DNA of 64,000 nt. Origin: the human T2T-CHM13v2.0 reference genome, Homo sapiens. This document shows, in pieces, positions 1 through 16,081 of the stretch (its first letter is position 1; each line of letters opens with the position of its first letter). The notes beneath the pieces were generated by a model. The model was not told the origin of the DNA. It did no database searches and saw only the letters and a list, made by a program, of their open reading frames with translations. The stretch is taken from the NCBI RefSeq assembly GCF_009914755.1, contig NC_060925.1; one strand, written 5' to 3'. Made by a program: the position numbers and the translations under genes.

Positions 1-714
1 ATTTTCTTGCATAGACTACATGATCTGTGTGGGCCATGGAACAAAGAAAGTGTGTGCTCCTGTCTTGTTAAAGGATGGTCTTACTGTTTAGTAGACGGCT
101 CTCTTGGAGAAGACAGGCATTTACTGCAAGGCTGCTGGGTGAGGGTTGGGAGAGGTTGTTGCCCCTAAGCTTCATGGCACTACCCTGAAATGCTTGCAGT
201 GCCACCTTCCATCTGCCCTCAGATGTTTGCGTGGTGACTTAGCTTGAACAGCCCTGAGGCTTGGTTTCTGGGATTCCACAGGATTCTGGCAGCAAATTTA
301 CCTTTGTAATAAATGGCCTTTGGCTATTTAACTTGATTCTCTCCCTGGGCTTCCATGAAGGCAGAGGTTGGTGGCCTAGAGGCATGGTGAGTGGCCACCA
401 GCTGTGGATACTCAACAGAAACCCTGACCCACAGCTAGGAATTCAGGAGCTCTGGTTGTGCCTCAAATTTATGTTGAGAAGGGAGAGGTAAAGGGGACCA
501 TATAGTGGTTCTTACGTCTGCCCATTTCCTCCATAACAGGGAAAAATGGAATCAAAGCAATTGAGTTTTAACCTTTTATCCTCAGAGGAGCCAATTATAT
601 TCTTCACTTTTGCTGTACGGAGGCAAAACTATGCTGAAAGAGAAATAATCTAAGAATTTGATTCCCACATTCAAACCAGAAGATGTGACGGCTGGTTTCA
701 GCTTCTGCGCTGGC

Positions 715-855
715 TTCTGCATGACTTTGAGCAGCCCCGCTAAGTCCCATTTACCTTGCCTGAACAATGAGATGATCATATTTCTGCCTAGGGTTACCTT
801 AAGGGTCTGTTGAAGGGTCAGTTTGGATAATGTAATTTATGAGATGTATAAAAGC
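715..855 (+). mobile_element. MIR-like SINE remnant
   Basis: Degenerate MIR core (atgactttgagcag...aatgagatgatcatatttctgcctaggg). Confidence 0.4.
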
Positions 856-1249
856 AATATCAATCGATGGAGGATAATAAAAGTACGCCCAAATCCACTG
901 CTAATGCTTCATATAAAATACTCATTGCTCCAAACTTCCAAGGGTAGCGTTTCTTCTAAAGATGGTGGAGAACTTCCTAGTGTGAGGCGGGTGGACTGTG
1001 TGCATGTCCCCCAAGGTCCTGGGTTGGGCATCTCTCAGTGCTTCTTTGTGACAAGAAATTTCTGCCTGTCCTGCTCCTGTGCACCATGGGCCAGCCTGAC
1101 TTAGACAACAGGAAAATAATCAGTGTTTGGTTGCCTTTGACCATCTCCTTGATATTCATCTTCCACCAGCTATGGCTAGGAGAGCCATTTCTCCTGAGAA
1201 CGTTCCTTCTCAGGAAAAGAGAAATGAGTGGGGAGGGTTTTGAATGAAT

Positions 1250-1660
1250 ACTTGTGTTGCGCTTAAGTATGTTGTCTCTTCTATGCCTCACGGCAGCCCA
1301 GCGGGATAAAGCTATCATTCCTATCTTACAGGAGAGAAGAGAGAGGCTTGGGGAGGTGAGGTGGCCTGCCCTAGGCTATACCACAGCAAGGAGGGGCTGG
1401 GTTTTGAACCCCAATTGTACAAGGCCAGAGGAACCCTGAGAATTCTAGGGCATATGTATGGGGCTGGGACAGCTGGATTCTAATCCACCTGCTTCCGCAA
1501 GTGACCGTACAAGCCTGGACAGGTCACCAAACTCGCCGAGGCATCTGCTTCTTGCAGTTGTAAAACACGGGCAGTTTCAATGACTCCCTCGCCTGATGGG
1601 AGCTGTGAGAATCAAGGTCGATGACAATTTGTGGAAAAGTTCTAGGACATTAAGTACCAC
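1250..1660. mobile_element. Two MIR SINEs in opposite orientation (~1250-1420 minus, ~1470-1660 plus)
   Basis: atcattcctatcttacaggagagaagagaggc and ggattctaatcc...tgtaaaa...ctgtgagaatcaa. Confidence 0.55.
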
Positions 1661-2379
1661 AGGGAGGTAAGGAAGAGTTTCATTCCTGGGAGTTTGGCTC
1701 AGGTACCAGCTTTTTCCCTATGATCGACTTTAAGCTTTCTTTCTCCCCGGTGTGATTTGTGCACCGAGGGTCATGCTGAAGCCATTTCCACTCCAAAATT
1801 CTGTGACAGTAAGATTCGGATGACAGGAGAAGAGGAGATGGCCCAGAGTAGAACTTCAGATCTCGGAGATTTCTTTCAATTGAGTCTTACTCTAAAAACT
1901 CTAAAAATCTCTCTCTCTATCTCTGAGTGTTTCCTAGTTGAGAACATTCTGTATGTGAAGCTGGGCGGTAACACAATGGTGGCTGAGCCGGCCTTGTTTT
2001 TAGTAATTCACCCATCATCGAGTGGGTTGCTGCCCCTGTGTGGCATGCGCTGTGAATAGACACATGAGAACAAGGGTTGAAGAAATGCACTTGCTTCTCC
2101 TAAGGAGCTCAGTGTGGTCAGATAGTGAACAAGCAGTCACAGCACAGTGAGATATGGCCAGGAGGGTGGCGAGCAGCCAGACGTGGGGACGTGACTAACA
2201 CCTGCATTGTGGGGTGAGCTGAAGCATGGGGCACCCAGGGCTCTGGTCTCAAACCCTTTCTCATTTGTCTGCACTCACTTTTCTGATCTGTTCTTTCTTT
2301 CCTTTTTTTTTTTTATTTAATCATCTGTTTTTAAGACCTTCTCTGCCCTGAGGACCCCTAACTATATCCTTCTGCCAGA

Positions 2380-3229
2380 GCTTTCCCCTGCTTCTCCATA
2401 TCTCCATGTGGATGTCTAATCCAACGTCAGGATGTCTGAAATTGAGGGTCAGGTATCCACCCCAAAGCCTGCTGTGCTGTCTCGCCCATCTCAGCACACA
2501 ACAGCTCTGACTTCCGCTGGCTCAGGCCCCAAACTGCGAACCACCCCTTGTTCTTCTCTTTCTCTCACATCCTAAGTTCCTACAGTTGACAGATCTTGGT
2601 GGCTGGGCCTTCCCCCCACTCCCCTCTCTGCCCGGATGCAGTCACCACTGGTGCTGCAGCAGCCTGGCTTCACTGGCCTCCTTGCCCCACCCTTGACCCA
2701 GCCCTGCACCATCCATGGGCTGTTCTCAGCACATCCATCAAGGTAACCCTGTTGATGTAAGTCACATCATGTGATTTGTCTGCTCAAAGCCCTCTCATGG
2801 TTCTCCACCTTTCTTCAAGTAAAAGATGGGATCCTTATGGATTGCCTGGAAGGCCCAACATGACCTGCACCCCGCCAGCTCCCAGCCCCTTCTCCTCTCA
2901 CTCCCCTCTGCTCTCTCACTCTGCCCCAGCCATACTGGCCTTTTTTCTGGGCCCCAGCTGGGTCCTCTGCCTGGCATATCTTCCCTCACAGGCCTCATGG
3001 CTCACTCCAGTGCCTCTTTCAGTCCCCTGCTGCGGGCTTCACTGACCCCGCTCACCCAGCCCCCCCCACAGCACACACCCCACCTAACAAGCCGTGTGTA
3101 CTCAGGTATCAGTGTATTGTCTGTTTCCCCTATGCAAGCTCCTTGAGGACAGGGGCTGCTGTATCTCCAGCCCCTAGGAGAGCCCCTGGTACATAGAAGG
3201 TGTGCACTAATTATCTGTTAAATGAATGA
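2380..3229 (+). mobile_element. L2 LINE 3' portion
   Basis: Typical L2a end: gctccttgaggacaggg...cctggtacatagaaggtg...tgttaaatgaatga. Confidence 0.7.
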
Positions 3230-4050
3230 CCTGGACAAAGTATTGTCCAGGAGAAAGGGGGGCACTGAGGGAGGGGTACATACACAGGGCTATGAAGGTA
3301 TGAGAGAATGGCCATCTTGCAGTGCTGGGGCTCAGGAGAGGAGGGGAGCTGAGAGCACAGGTACTTGGTGTCAGGTTTTGGGGAGTCTGGGAAGAATTTT
3401 TGGCCAGGGAGTGACTGAATCCGATTTGCATGATACACATTTGCCTCTGCCAGGAGCCTGGAGAAGGATTAGCGCAGGCGGGGCCAGGGTGCAGCTGGGA
3501 GAGCAGGCTAGCATGGAGGAAGGCCGAGGACCTGCATGGAAGTTTCTGGAAAGCAGACCCACTCCTCATCTCGGAAGCTACCTTCTCAGCAACTGTGGCT
3601 TTTCGCTGCCTCCCTTCATCATCGGCACTCCCCACACACATTTCTTACACCTCACTTCTCCCTGAAGCCACAGTAGAGACAACCACCCTACCTGCCACAG
3701 TCAGTGACCGTTTCTCAGTCACCACCACCCCGCTCTGAGGACACATGGACACTACTTACTGAAACGTTTCTCCTTTAGCTGTACTGCCCTTGCTTCTCTG
3801 CTGTTTGTCCTCATCCCTTACTTCCAAAAGTTCTGGCCTTGACCCTTTTCTCTCCCCTCCTTGGTGATCACACTGTCTCCTGCAGCATCGCCCTCTGTCA
3901 CCTGACATAGGTCCCTCAAATGTCCACCCAGGACTCCCTCTGGAGTGCTGCACCACAGTTCCAACTCTTTGTTGGTTGACAGAGAAACTCAGACTTATGT
4001 GCTCCCACCCCAGCCCCTACACCCTCACCCCACCTCCCTAAACTCATTCT

Positions 4051-4361
<311 letters not shown>

Positions 4362-4757
4362 TGACTTCACAGTTTCTATCCAGGGCAGCATGTTTTTTTC
4401 TTTCACCCAGGCTCAGAGCGTGACAGTCGGCCCTGGCTCCTCCCTCTGCTGTGTTCCTCCCAGCCCCAGCCATGTCGGCTCCCCTTTCTATCCTTAGCCA
4501 CCAGCCAGATCCTACGTTTGTTACTTTAAGTTTGGACCACTGAGTGCTCCCTCCTGAATGTTGCCACAGCCAAGCCTCCTAGAGCTGATCAGCGTGATCT
4601 CTCCCGCTCTAAAAGTTTGTAACAAATCATCAGTGTTGCTGACTTGCTCAGAAGCCTTTAGTGGCTCTCCATGTCACAAAGGTCCAAACTTCCCACTCAA
4701 TCATTACATTCCTCTGTAACCTTGCCACAGTCTGCTTTTCCAGCCTTTATTACCAAC

Positions 4758-5121
4758 TGTATTAGTTTATTTTCATAGTGCTATGAAGAAATACCCGAGA
4801 CTGGGTAATTTATAAAGAAAAAGAGGCTTAATGGACTCACAGTTCCACATGGCTGTGGAGCCCTCACAATCATGGCAGAAGGTGAAGGAGAAGCAAAGGC
4901 ACGTCTTACATGGTGGCAGGCAAGAGAGTGCGTGCAGGGGAACTGCCCTTTATAAAACCATCAGATCTCATGAGATTTATTCACTATCACAAAAAAAGCA
5001 TGGGAAAGACCCGCCCCCATGATTCAATTACCTCCAACTGGGTCCCTCCCATGACACATGGGGATTATGGGAGCTACAATTCAAGATGAGATTTGGGTGG
5101 AGACACAGCCAAACCATATCA
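4758..5121 (-). mobile_element. THE1 (MaLR) solo LTR
   Basis: tgtattagt...gagactgggtaatttataaag...aaaccatatca; 5-bp TSD ccaac/cgaac. Confidence 0.9.
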
Positions 5122-5528
5122 CGAACGAAAGCTCCAAACTGCAAACTGGTGTCTCCTGGTCACTGAGAATCTTACTCCCTTCCCTACTTAAAACTCTTGA
5201 CATTCTCTAAAAGCCTGGATTAAAAGCCCCCTCCCCTGGGAAGCCTGCTCTGATTGCTGGACCTCAAAGCGCTCCCTCCCTTCTCTGAAGCTACCGTGTG
5301 CTCTGAGCCTCTCCCATACCAGGCTTGTCCTGTTTGAACTGGTCACCTCCAGGTGCTGTAGGAAGACTTTCCTGGGCTCATCAGTGCTTATGACTCAATC
5401 TCCAGTAGTTTTTTTTTTGGAATAGAAGGGGCTCTGGAAGTATTTCTTTAATTAATAATAACTTAATTTCCTAAGTGGAACCCTTATTTCTCTCCTTTTA
5501 TACCCTTTTTATGTGTTTTTTTGTGACC

Positions 5529-5547
5529 ATAGTGCCCCCTTGTGGAG
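5529..5547 (-). promoter_or_regulatory. CTCF motif
   Basis: Reverse complement TCCACAAGGGGGCACTA, near consensus CCASYAGRKGGCRC. Confidence 0.7.
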
Positions 5548-6765
5548 AAATGTTCACAGGACAGGCTGTGGCTGTGCTAATCCGCTGTGCCCAGTTTTCT
5601 GGACTGTTGAAAATATGTGCTTGAGATCCATTTTATGATTTACGATAGAACAAAACCCCTGTGTCATATATATCAAGAATAACACACACTATTGGAGTTA
5701 AAATTCTGAGCTCATGATCATCCAAGGACAAGGCAGTTTGCTTTTTAACTCCAGGTCTTTGCCTTCCGCCCTCGTGTGGTGGGCAATTCTCTCCGAGGGT
5801 AAGAAGGTCAGGACTATAATCAAATGTCCTTTGCCTCCTCAGCGCCCTTCCTTCTTATTGCTGTCCCCTCTGCCTGGAGTCCCCTTACCCTTCTTTTGTG
5901 CCTCTCAAACTCTCTGCCCTTTTAGACTCAGCACCCATCTTACCTATTCCTTATAAAACTTCCTGTAACCAGACCAGCCTGGAGAGTCATGCCTCTGAAT
6001 CCCCAGAGTAAGCATTGCCAGCACAGTTAAACCAACACATGACGTGCTGCCTTGGAGTGCTTTTTGTGAATATTTCTGGCATTTAAAAATAAAATATTTA
6101 TCTTTAGAATTCCATGTATGGATGGCCTATCTTGGCTGCTGGATTGGAGGGCCTTGGTCCACTAATGCGGTTTGTCGTGGAAACTAGGCTCCACTGACCC
6201 AGCCCACAGCTCCCCTGGCTGCAGTGCTTCGTAAATACTTCAGCAAAAATCAAAGAGGAATGAGGCTGCTGGTCCTGCTCCTGATGTGTCCGTATCTGGC
6301 TAGGGGAGACATGCACATACTCAGTGACTTAAGGCTCTTGATCCATATAACTTCAGGCAGGCACTAAGGGATCTGATATAATCTGAAGTAATGAACAATG
6401 CCCCCATCTGTCCCCCTCCCCACTTTCACCCACCCCATTCACTTTGTGCACCCCACCCCCCACCACCAGTCAAAGTGGGATCATCAGGGAGCCTCCCTGA
6501 GCGAGGCGAGTTTCCATGACATTTTTACAAGTGAGAGGAGAGGGAAATCTCATCTCAGGGGAATCAACTGGCATATCAAAGCCAGAGAGAGGGAACGCCA
6601 AGGTGTGTGGGTATCACTTGGCAGAGCAGGGCTGGGGGAGAACAGAAGGCTGCCATCACTGATGTGGGTGACATCGTTAGGTGCGAGGGCTCCTGGGAAA
6701 TCTCTACACACGTGTCAGGGGCAGGGCCCAGAGATGCTCATGGGAATTTGTGCTTTGTCCCCTAG

Positions 6766-6827
6766 GATTCTTGGGATGAGCTTCTTATTGGTGACGTGGA
6801 ACTGAAAAGGGTGATGGCTTGTTCCAG
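6766..6827 (+). CDS. MTARC1: MTARC1 exon 5 (DSWDELLIGDVELKRVMACS + AG), mitochondrial amidoxime reducing component 1, MOSC domain
   Basis: cctag|GAT acceptor, AG|gtaagg donor; 62 nt; translation matches recalled human mARC1 residues ~252-271. Confidence 0.96.
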
Positions 6828-6916
6828 GTAAGGTGCTTTCCTGTCCCTGTGGGGTGGAGGTGGGGATAAGTTCGCTCTGCTCTGTCCCCCTTATGATGCT
6901 CTGTGTGTGTGTCCAG

Positions 6917-6988
6917 ATGCATTTTAACCACAGTGGACCCAGACACCGGTGTCATGAGCAGGAAGGAACCGCTGGAAACACTGAAGAG
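6917..6988 (+). CDS. MTARC1: MTARC1 exon 6 ([24 protein letters not shown] + AG), contains Moco-ligating Cys273
   Basis: ccag|A acceptor, AG|gtagga donor; 72 nt; phase joins exon 5 (AG+A=Arg) and completes the MOSC CxRC motif. Confidence 0.96.
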
Positions 6989-7169
6989 GTAGGACTGGGC
7001 AGACGGGGCTCATCCTCGGGTTTAGGTGCCGGGAACGGAAGCAATATTTGTTGCTTAATGTTTATAAGAGGAAGCAGTGAAAACACCACACACATAGTCT
7101 TGAAACTCAAGAGGGTCCCATTAACGAGATAATTTGGGAAACATTCCCTGGTGTTTTGGACACCAACAT

Positions 7170-7860
7170 GTCTGCTTAAACAAGTACTTTTATTTTTCAT
7201 TTAGAAATCATAATTCAAATAAATCAATGTTTAAAAATTGCTTATGCATTTTGACAAATTTTATTACGGGCTAAGTATTAGATGATACCAAAAAATGTAC
7301 TAGGTGTCCTAATGGCATTGTGGTTGTATAAGAAATGTCAATATATTTTAGAGAAGCTGATTGAAATATGTGTGTAGGAGTGAAGTGATGTGACATCTGG
7401 AACTTGCCATATATTATTTTAGCAAAAAGAAAAAAAGGATAAATGAGTACATTTTAAAAATGTGTCACAATCTTCATAAATAGAATCTGGGTGATAATTA
7501 CGTGGGGTTTATTGCACTATTCTACTTTTATGTTTACTTTAAAATTTCTTAAGGAAAAATTTTAGGTGAAAGACACAGTACCGAGAATCATTTTAAATTG
7601 TATATAAAGATAGTCAAGCTGCTGTGTTGATTTTACAAAGTTGATTATAAAATAGCACTATTTACTTTTTCATTTTTATTTGATTTTACTTTTTAAAAAA
7701 CATATAAATGCACATGAGTAGATAAAAGGCTGAAAGGATATAAAACAAAATGGAGATACTCTTTTGGTATAGTCATAGAATTATGGAAAAGGGTTATTCT
7801 CATATGCAGTCTCTAAACTTTCTATAATTACTCTGCATTACTTTCGTGAAAACAACAATA
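7170..7860 (+). mobile_element. Ancient L1M (ME/MC-type) 3' fragments
   Basis: AT-rich, with gaatctgggtgataattacgtggggtttattgcactattctacttt motif. Confidence 0.55.
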
Positions 7861-8799
7861 ACAGTTTAGCATACAAGCACTTCAGAGCTGATATCTGCCA
7901 AATTTGGGACCCAGGAAATTGCTGAAACTCTGAAAATGAACTAAGGGTGCTTCTCTTCATTGGTCCCTTTGACATTGAATGCTGAGTCACAGGCCAGGTG
8001 TCAGGTCTCTTCTCTACAGCCCCTGAGACCCTTCCTTGGCTTTGTGTAAGACCCTTCCTTGGCTTTGGTCCTGACTTGGCCTCCCCAGGTGTATCTTGTA
8101 GAAGGGAGGGCCCTGGGAACCTTGAGGAAGGAATGCAGTTGAGATGTGACTATCTTGTATCCAAACCATCATGAACGAGCGCATGACAGAGAGGTTGCTC
8201 TAGGCTTTGTGGAGCAGGACTCATTCCCTGTAACGTGAGGTTGTCTGCCTCCCCTTCCTTCCACCTCTCACCAACCTCATGGCCTTTTTGGGGGCCAATG
8301 ATTCAGTCTTCTTTGATCAACAACCAATCCCTCCCTGACAATTCTACTGTCCCAGATCTGGCCCCCTCTCTGGGCAAGCTGAAGCCCTGGGCTGGAGGGC
8401 TGTCATCCCCGCTGTCACCTCACCCCTGAGCATGAGGCTGTGGCCTGACCTCTCTGGCCAGCACCTGTCATCCTATAGGAGATAAGTCCCAGAGTGTGGG
8501 CCAGGCTGCAGCAAGGTTAGCAGGTGGCCATGAGGGCCTAGGCCACCTGGCAGAGAGACAGTTGTCAGCAGGGAAGTCAAACAGGGTGGGTGGAGGGAAT
8601 TACGGAGAAGGGGGTTTGTGGTACTCAAGGAATCCTTAGGTGGATAGCAAGCAGCTGGTCTCTACCTGGCTCCAACAGCGTTGGGTGTGATTTGCATCAA
8701 CATTCAAAGAGGGGGCTACAGACCAGCCTAAGGGAATCCCAACATTTTGAGAGATGTTTCTCAATACTCAAAACATTAACAACTTTTCTGTAAAAAGCT

Positions 8800-9445
<646 letters not shown>

Positions 9446-10799
9446 GTCACTATATGTGACAGAACATTGATGAGAGGACCAGGGTTATAGCTATTCTTTG
9501 AAATGCGCTCACTCACCATCAGAACAAACCAGAATTCAGTCTTCCTGTTTTCCATGGCCACAGAGGAGCTACTAGGGGCAGAAAGCAGGGTGGGCCAGCG
9601 GGAAGATCCCGGGCTGGGAGTCAGGAGACCTGGATGTGCAGCACACCGACTGCTGTGCTCCTACCCCTGCCCGCACTCAGACCCTGAGTGTTCTTCCCTA
9701 TAAAATAAAGGAGGCAGGACAGAAATAGATGATTCTGTGTAAATCAGCCAAGTGGTTTGGGGAATTGGCTGTCATCCTTTTTTGTCCATCTTGTTCTTTC
9801 TCTTCCCCCTGTGTGTTGCTCGGTGTGGGGCATCCTTCCCTCTGGATTTAGAAGGTTTATGCTCTTGCAGAAACAGCCTCCGCAAAGCACTTCACGTGTT
9901 TGGGCTTGTTCTCTGCATCTTCAGTGCCCCCCTTCCTCCATTGGGAGCCTGTGTTTATAGAAGGAGGATAATTGACCCTAAACACAGAGTGAGGGTGGGA
10001 AGGCGGGGGGCGCAAGGAGCCAGCACACCCCCCTGATCTTCCGCAGGCTTTGTGAAGCCCAACAATCTGGCCCTAATTGCTTCTAATACCCCAGGAGACA
10101 GTGCGGCCAGCCTAGGTGTCTTCTCCTATCTCTTACTGAGATTTAAATTGCCATGGATGTGTAATTTATGTTCTTCCCAAGACAGGTGGTCATAAATCGG
10201 GAAGAGAAAGGCCTGGCCACATCCCATAAATCATGGGAAGGGAAGCAAACAGTGGTGTCCACAGCCTCTCTGCTATTGGGCAGGTTGCTCAGAGCTACAC
10301 CACTTTCTGCCTCTGGGCACTCATGGTGCCCATGGCTGGGGTTGCTTCTGGAATGCCAGCGCTCAGCTGGGAGACCTCTGTGCCTGACCAGCCCTGCCTC
10401 CTGATGTTAGTCACCCACAGGCAGAGCCCGCGGTGGTACAGCAGTGGGAGGAAAAGAAATACAGAGGCATAGGGAAGCCTTTGTCTGTAAAATGCTCACA
10501 GCGGGAGGCACAGTGGAGGCATGTCTGCTAACAGGAAGATATGAAAATGGAATTTTTCTTTTCTTTCTTAAGGGAAAGTGACGTACACACTGATCCCCAT
10601 GGTTGAAGGAATGGCTGGAGTCTGCCGTTGTTGCTTCCATGACATTTTGCCCCTAATGGAAAGAATATAGCACAGTTACTGCATGGGTACTCAAAAAAAA
10701 AAACGTTTTGCTGGATGCACGAATACTGTGACAGTAATGACATTTGCCAGCAGCCACTTGTGTCAGGCTGTGCTCTGCTGAGCTAAACACAGAATATAT

Positions 10800-11000
10800 A
10801 GCAGTGGTAACTCCATGGGAGGAGGCAGACTCTCCACCCTAGTCTGGCTCTGTCACCTCCTAATTGTGTGACATTGGCAAGTCGCTTAGGCTCTTCAAGT
10901 CACAGTTTCTTTATTGGTATAAACTGGACTTGTAATACCTCTTCTGGTAGACTGGAATAAGGCAAGATATAGGATTTTTATAGATGATAAAATACTGTAC
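10800..11000 (+). mobile_element. MIR
   Basis: ctggctctgtcacctcctaattgtgtgacattggcaagtcgctta...cagtttctttatt. Confidence 0.6.
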
Positions 11001-11205
11001 ACAGTGACCATGTAAGCTGCGGTCATTGAGAGTCACTGTTTATAAACTTGACACCTTCTGAGAGGAGGAGAAGCCTGACCACACTTCTTCCCATACTCAG
11101 AGGCTGCTTTAAATGAAACCTAACACGAACTTGCCCAGCGGCCAGCCTCTGGAGGTTCAGTGTGGCACCTCTCCCAGGAACGTTCACGATGCCGTCTAAT
11201 TCTTC

Positions 11206-11498
<293 letters not shown>

Positions 11499-12006
11499 AC
11501 AATGCTGTTTAATTCTTAACCTGGCCATAGAGATAGGCAGTCATGAGGCCTCAGGAATGGCTTCTGCCGCTGGTGACTTATGGTCCCATGAACGCCAGTG
11601 GTGGGATCGGGCAGTGACCAGATACTCTGCCTGGAGTCATGGCCTGGACGTTGACCAGTGAATGCGTAAACCAGGCAGGGTAAACAAGGATCAGCCCTCT
11701 GTGGTGCACAGCACTTTAACGGTAACAAACTGTTTCCATTTACATTGCACCTTGTAAATAATAGAGACCTCGGTTTTAAGCTAAATAAAGTGTCTTGGGC
11801 TTCCTGCTCATTAGAATAGTTATGTTTCATGTTCATTTAAGGAGAAAGTGCACTAAGGAAGATTTTAAATGAGTTTTAATTTATTAATACCAACAGGAAT
11901 ACATATATGAAAAGTCACATATTTAAAAAATCGTAGAAGACCCATGTATGAAAGAATACTGTTTCAGAGTGTTGAACTTAGTGTGCGCACGAATTCATAG
12001 ACTGCT

Positions 12007-12042
12007 TGCAATACCTCTTAGTGCCACAAGGCGCCGCTAGTG
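12007..12042 (+). promoter_or_regulatory. CTCF motif with upstream (ZF9-11) module
   Basis: TGCAATACC-N8-CCACAAGGCGCCGCTAG in a locally CpG-rich patch; core has a mismatch at one conserved G. Confidence 0.5.
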
Positions 12043-12529
12043 ACCTCGTTGAGTCTTCCCACAGCCTGGAGGCGGGCTTCCGCAGCAGTAGCAAGAGGAG
12101 GTGGTGCAGGAGGCGGTGAGAGCCCGCAGCAAAACCAGGCAGCTGTAGGAAAGCCCTGGCAGGCCGGCCCACCGAGAACCCCTTTTCCACTCCCATAGCT
12201 CTTCCCGCTTCTACTCCTAGACAGCGGAGTGGACCGCCACCTGTGAGCCGGTGACCACACCTGCACTTTCACAAAGCAGCTCCCTCACCCCGACCTGTGC
12301 AGTTTAGGGAGGCTGTGCCGAGAGGGGCAGCCGCTCTTTACGGTCCTCTGCTCCTCATTACCTGGTGGGGGAGTGAGTGTGTCTGTGCTTGGTTGGCAGG
12401 AAGGGATAGGTGAAAAATGTAAGTGGCTAGAAATTGGTGTAGGTGACTAAATTGTGAGACCCCTCGGTTCTTCTCAGGCCTGTGGGTGTACTCAGGAGGA
12501 TGTCGACGACCAGGGTTACATCCTGGGTG

Positions 12530-12730
12530 GGAAGAGTCCACTAGACTCTGAAGTCAGCCAGGCCTGGGCTCTGGCCCCAGCTGGATCCTTTAGATCTGTG
12601 ATCTCAGGCAAGTCTGTTACTCCCCCTGAGACTTAACTGTAAAATGAAGAAAAGGCAAATTCCCACATAAGCAGGTTGTAAGGATTAAAAAAGAGAACAT
12701 GTGTAAAGTTCCTTATAAACTATCCATGTG
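12530..12730 (+). mobile_element. MIR
   Basis: tgtgatctcaggcaagt...ctgtaaaatg...gttgtaaggattaa. Confidence 0.6.
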
Positions 12731-13029
12731 TGATGTGCAGAACTCCAACTCTCAATTTCTCCCCAAGATAATGAGAGTCTGGACTCTTAGACTGCAGAGC
12801 TTGGCAGCAACGGAAACACCCATACAAGCAGCTGATGTGTCCCCTGTTCCTGAAGAGGTCACCCTCTGACAGATAGATCTCAGAATGTCATGAATGTTGC
12901 ATGCTGAAAGAGGAGAGCCAGGCTAGGAGAGATGCCTGGTTTGTCAGGTCCAAGGGCATTGCAGAAACCTGATTACAGAGAGAGGAAATACTCTTGGCAA
13001 GGCAGGGAAGCCTGCATCAGCAGCTTGTT

Positions 13030-14739
<1,710 letters not shown>

Positions 14740-15005
14740 AAGTATCTAACGTCTTAATGCCGAAAGGGGGAACATGAAGGTAGAGAAAAGATGTGGGGAT
14801 GTGGCCATTGCTTATGCTTCTGTCGTTGTTTGCTGGGCAGGCTGTTCACTGCCCCACTCCAGGAGGCGCTGTTCTGTTGAGCTTTGACGGGATGGTGCCC
14901 TCTCGAGCTGTGCGTGCGGAGGCCCTGTGTGGGATGGAAGCCACGTGCTGGTTGAGCTCTTGCATCCGCTTGGCTGTGACTCATCATGATCTTTTCCTAT
15001 TGCAG

Positions 15006-15132
15006 TTATCGCCAGTGTGACCCTTCAGAACGAAAGTTATATGGAAAATCACCACTCTTTGGGCAGTATTTTGTGCTGGAAAACCCAGGGACCATCAAAG
15101 TGGGAGACCCTGTGTACCTGCTGGGCCAGTAA
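15006..15132 (+). CDS. MTARC1: MTARC1 exon 7 coding part ([42 protein letters not shown])
   Basis: cttttcctattgcag|T acceptor; AG+T=Ser; MOSC C-terminal GxIxVGD motif; TAA at 15130-15132. Confidence 0.97.
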
Positions 15133-16081
15133 TGGGAACCGTATGTCCTGGAATATTAGATGCCTTTTAAAAATGTTCTCAAAAATGACAACACTTGAAG
15201 CATGGTGTTTCAGAACTGAGACCTCTACATTTTCTTTAAATTTGTGATTTTCACATTTTTCGTCTTTTGGACTTCTGGTGTCTCAATGCTTCAATGTCCC
15301 AGTGCAAAAAGTAAAGAAATATAGTCTCAATAACTTAGTAGGACTTCAGTAAGTCACTTAAATGACAAGACAGGATTCTGAAAACTCCCCGTTTAACTGA
15401 TTATGGAATAGTTCTTTCTCCTGCTTCTCCGTTTATCTACCAAGAGCGCAGACTTGCATCCTGTCACTACCACTCGTTAGAGAAAGAGAAGAAGAGAAAG
15501 AGGAAGAGTGGGTGGGCTGGAAGAATGTCCTAGAATGTGTTATTGCCCCTGTTCATGAGGTACGCAATGAAAATTAAATTGCACCCCAAATATGGCTGGA
15601 ATGCCACTTCCCTTTTCTTCTCAAGCCCCGGGCTAGCTTTTGAAATGGCATAAAGACTGAGGTGACCTTCAGGAAGCACTGCAGATATTAATTTTCCATA
15701 GATCTGGATCTGGCCCTGCTGCTTCTCAGACAGCATTGGATTTCCTAAAGGTGCTCAGGAGGATGGTTGTGTAGTCATGGAGGACCCCTGGATCCTTGCC
15801 ATTCCCCTCAGCTAATGACGGAGTGCTCCTTCTCCAGTTCCGGGTGAAAAAGTTCTGAATTCTGTGGAGGAGAAGAAAAGTGATTCAGTGATTTCAGATA
15901 GACTACTGAAAACCTTTAAAGGGGGAAAAGGAAAGCATATGTCAGTTGTTTAAAACCCAATATCTATTTTTTAACTGATTGTATAACTCTAAGATCTGAT
16001 GAAGTATATTTTTTATTGCCATTTTGTCCTTTGATTATATTGGGAAGTTGACTAAACTTGAAAAATGTTTTTAAAACTGTG

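Noticed and set aside
3207-3738. Overlapping 102-147 aa ORFs on both strands
   Set aside because: No recognisable domain; GC-rich intronic sequence between L2 remnants; chance ORFs
6833-7132. 99-aa ORF overlapping exon 6 and 76-aa ORF at 15017
   Set aside because: Alternative frames of real exons; the spliced frame explains the sequence
14852-14871. Possible CTCF motif actccaggaggcgctg
   Set aside because: Three mismatches in the core; too weak
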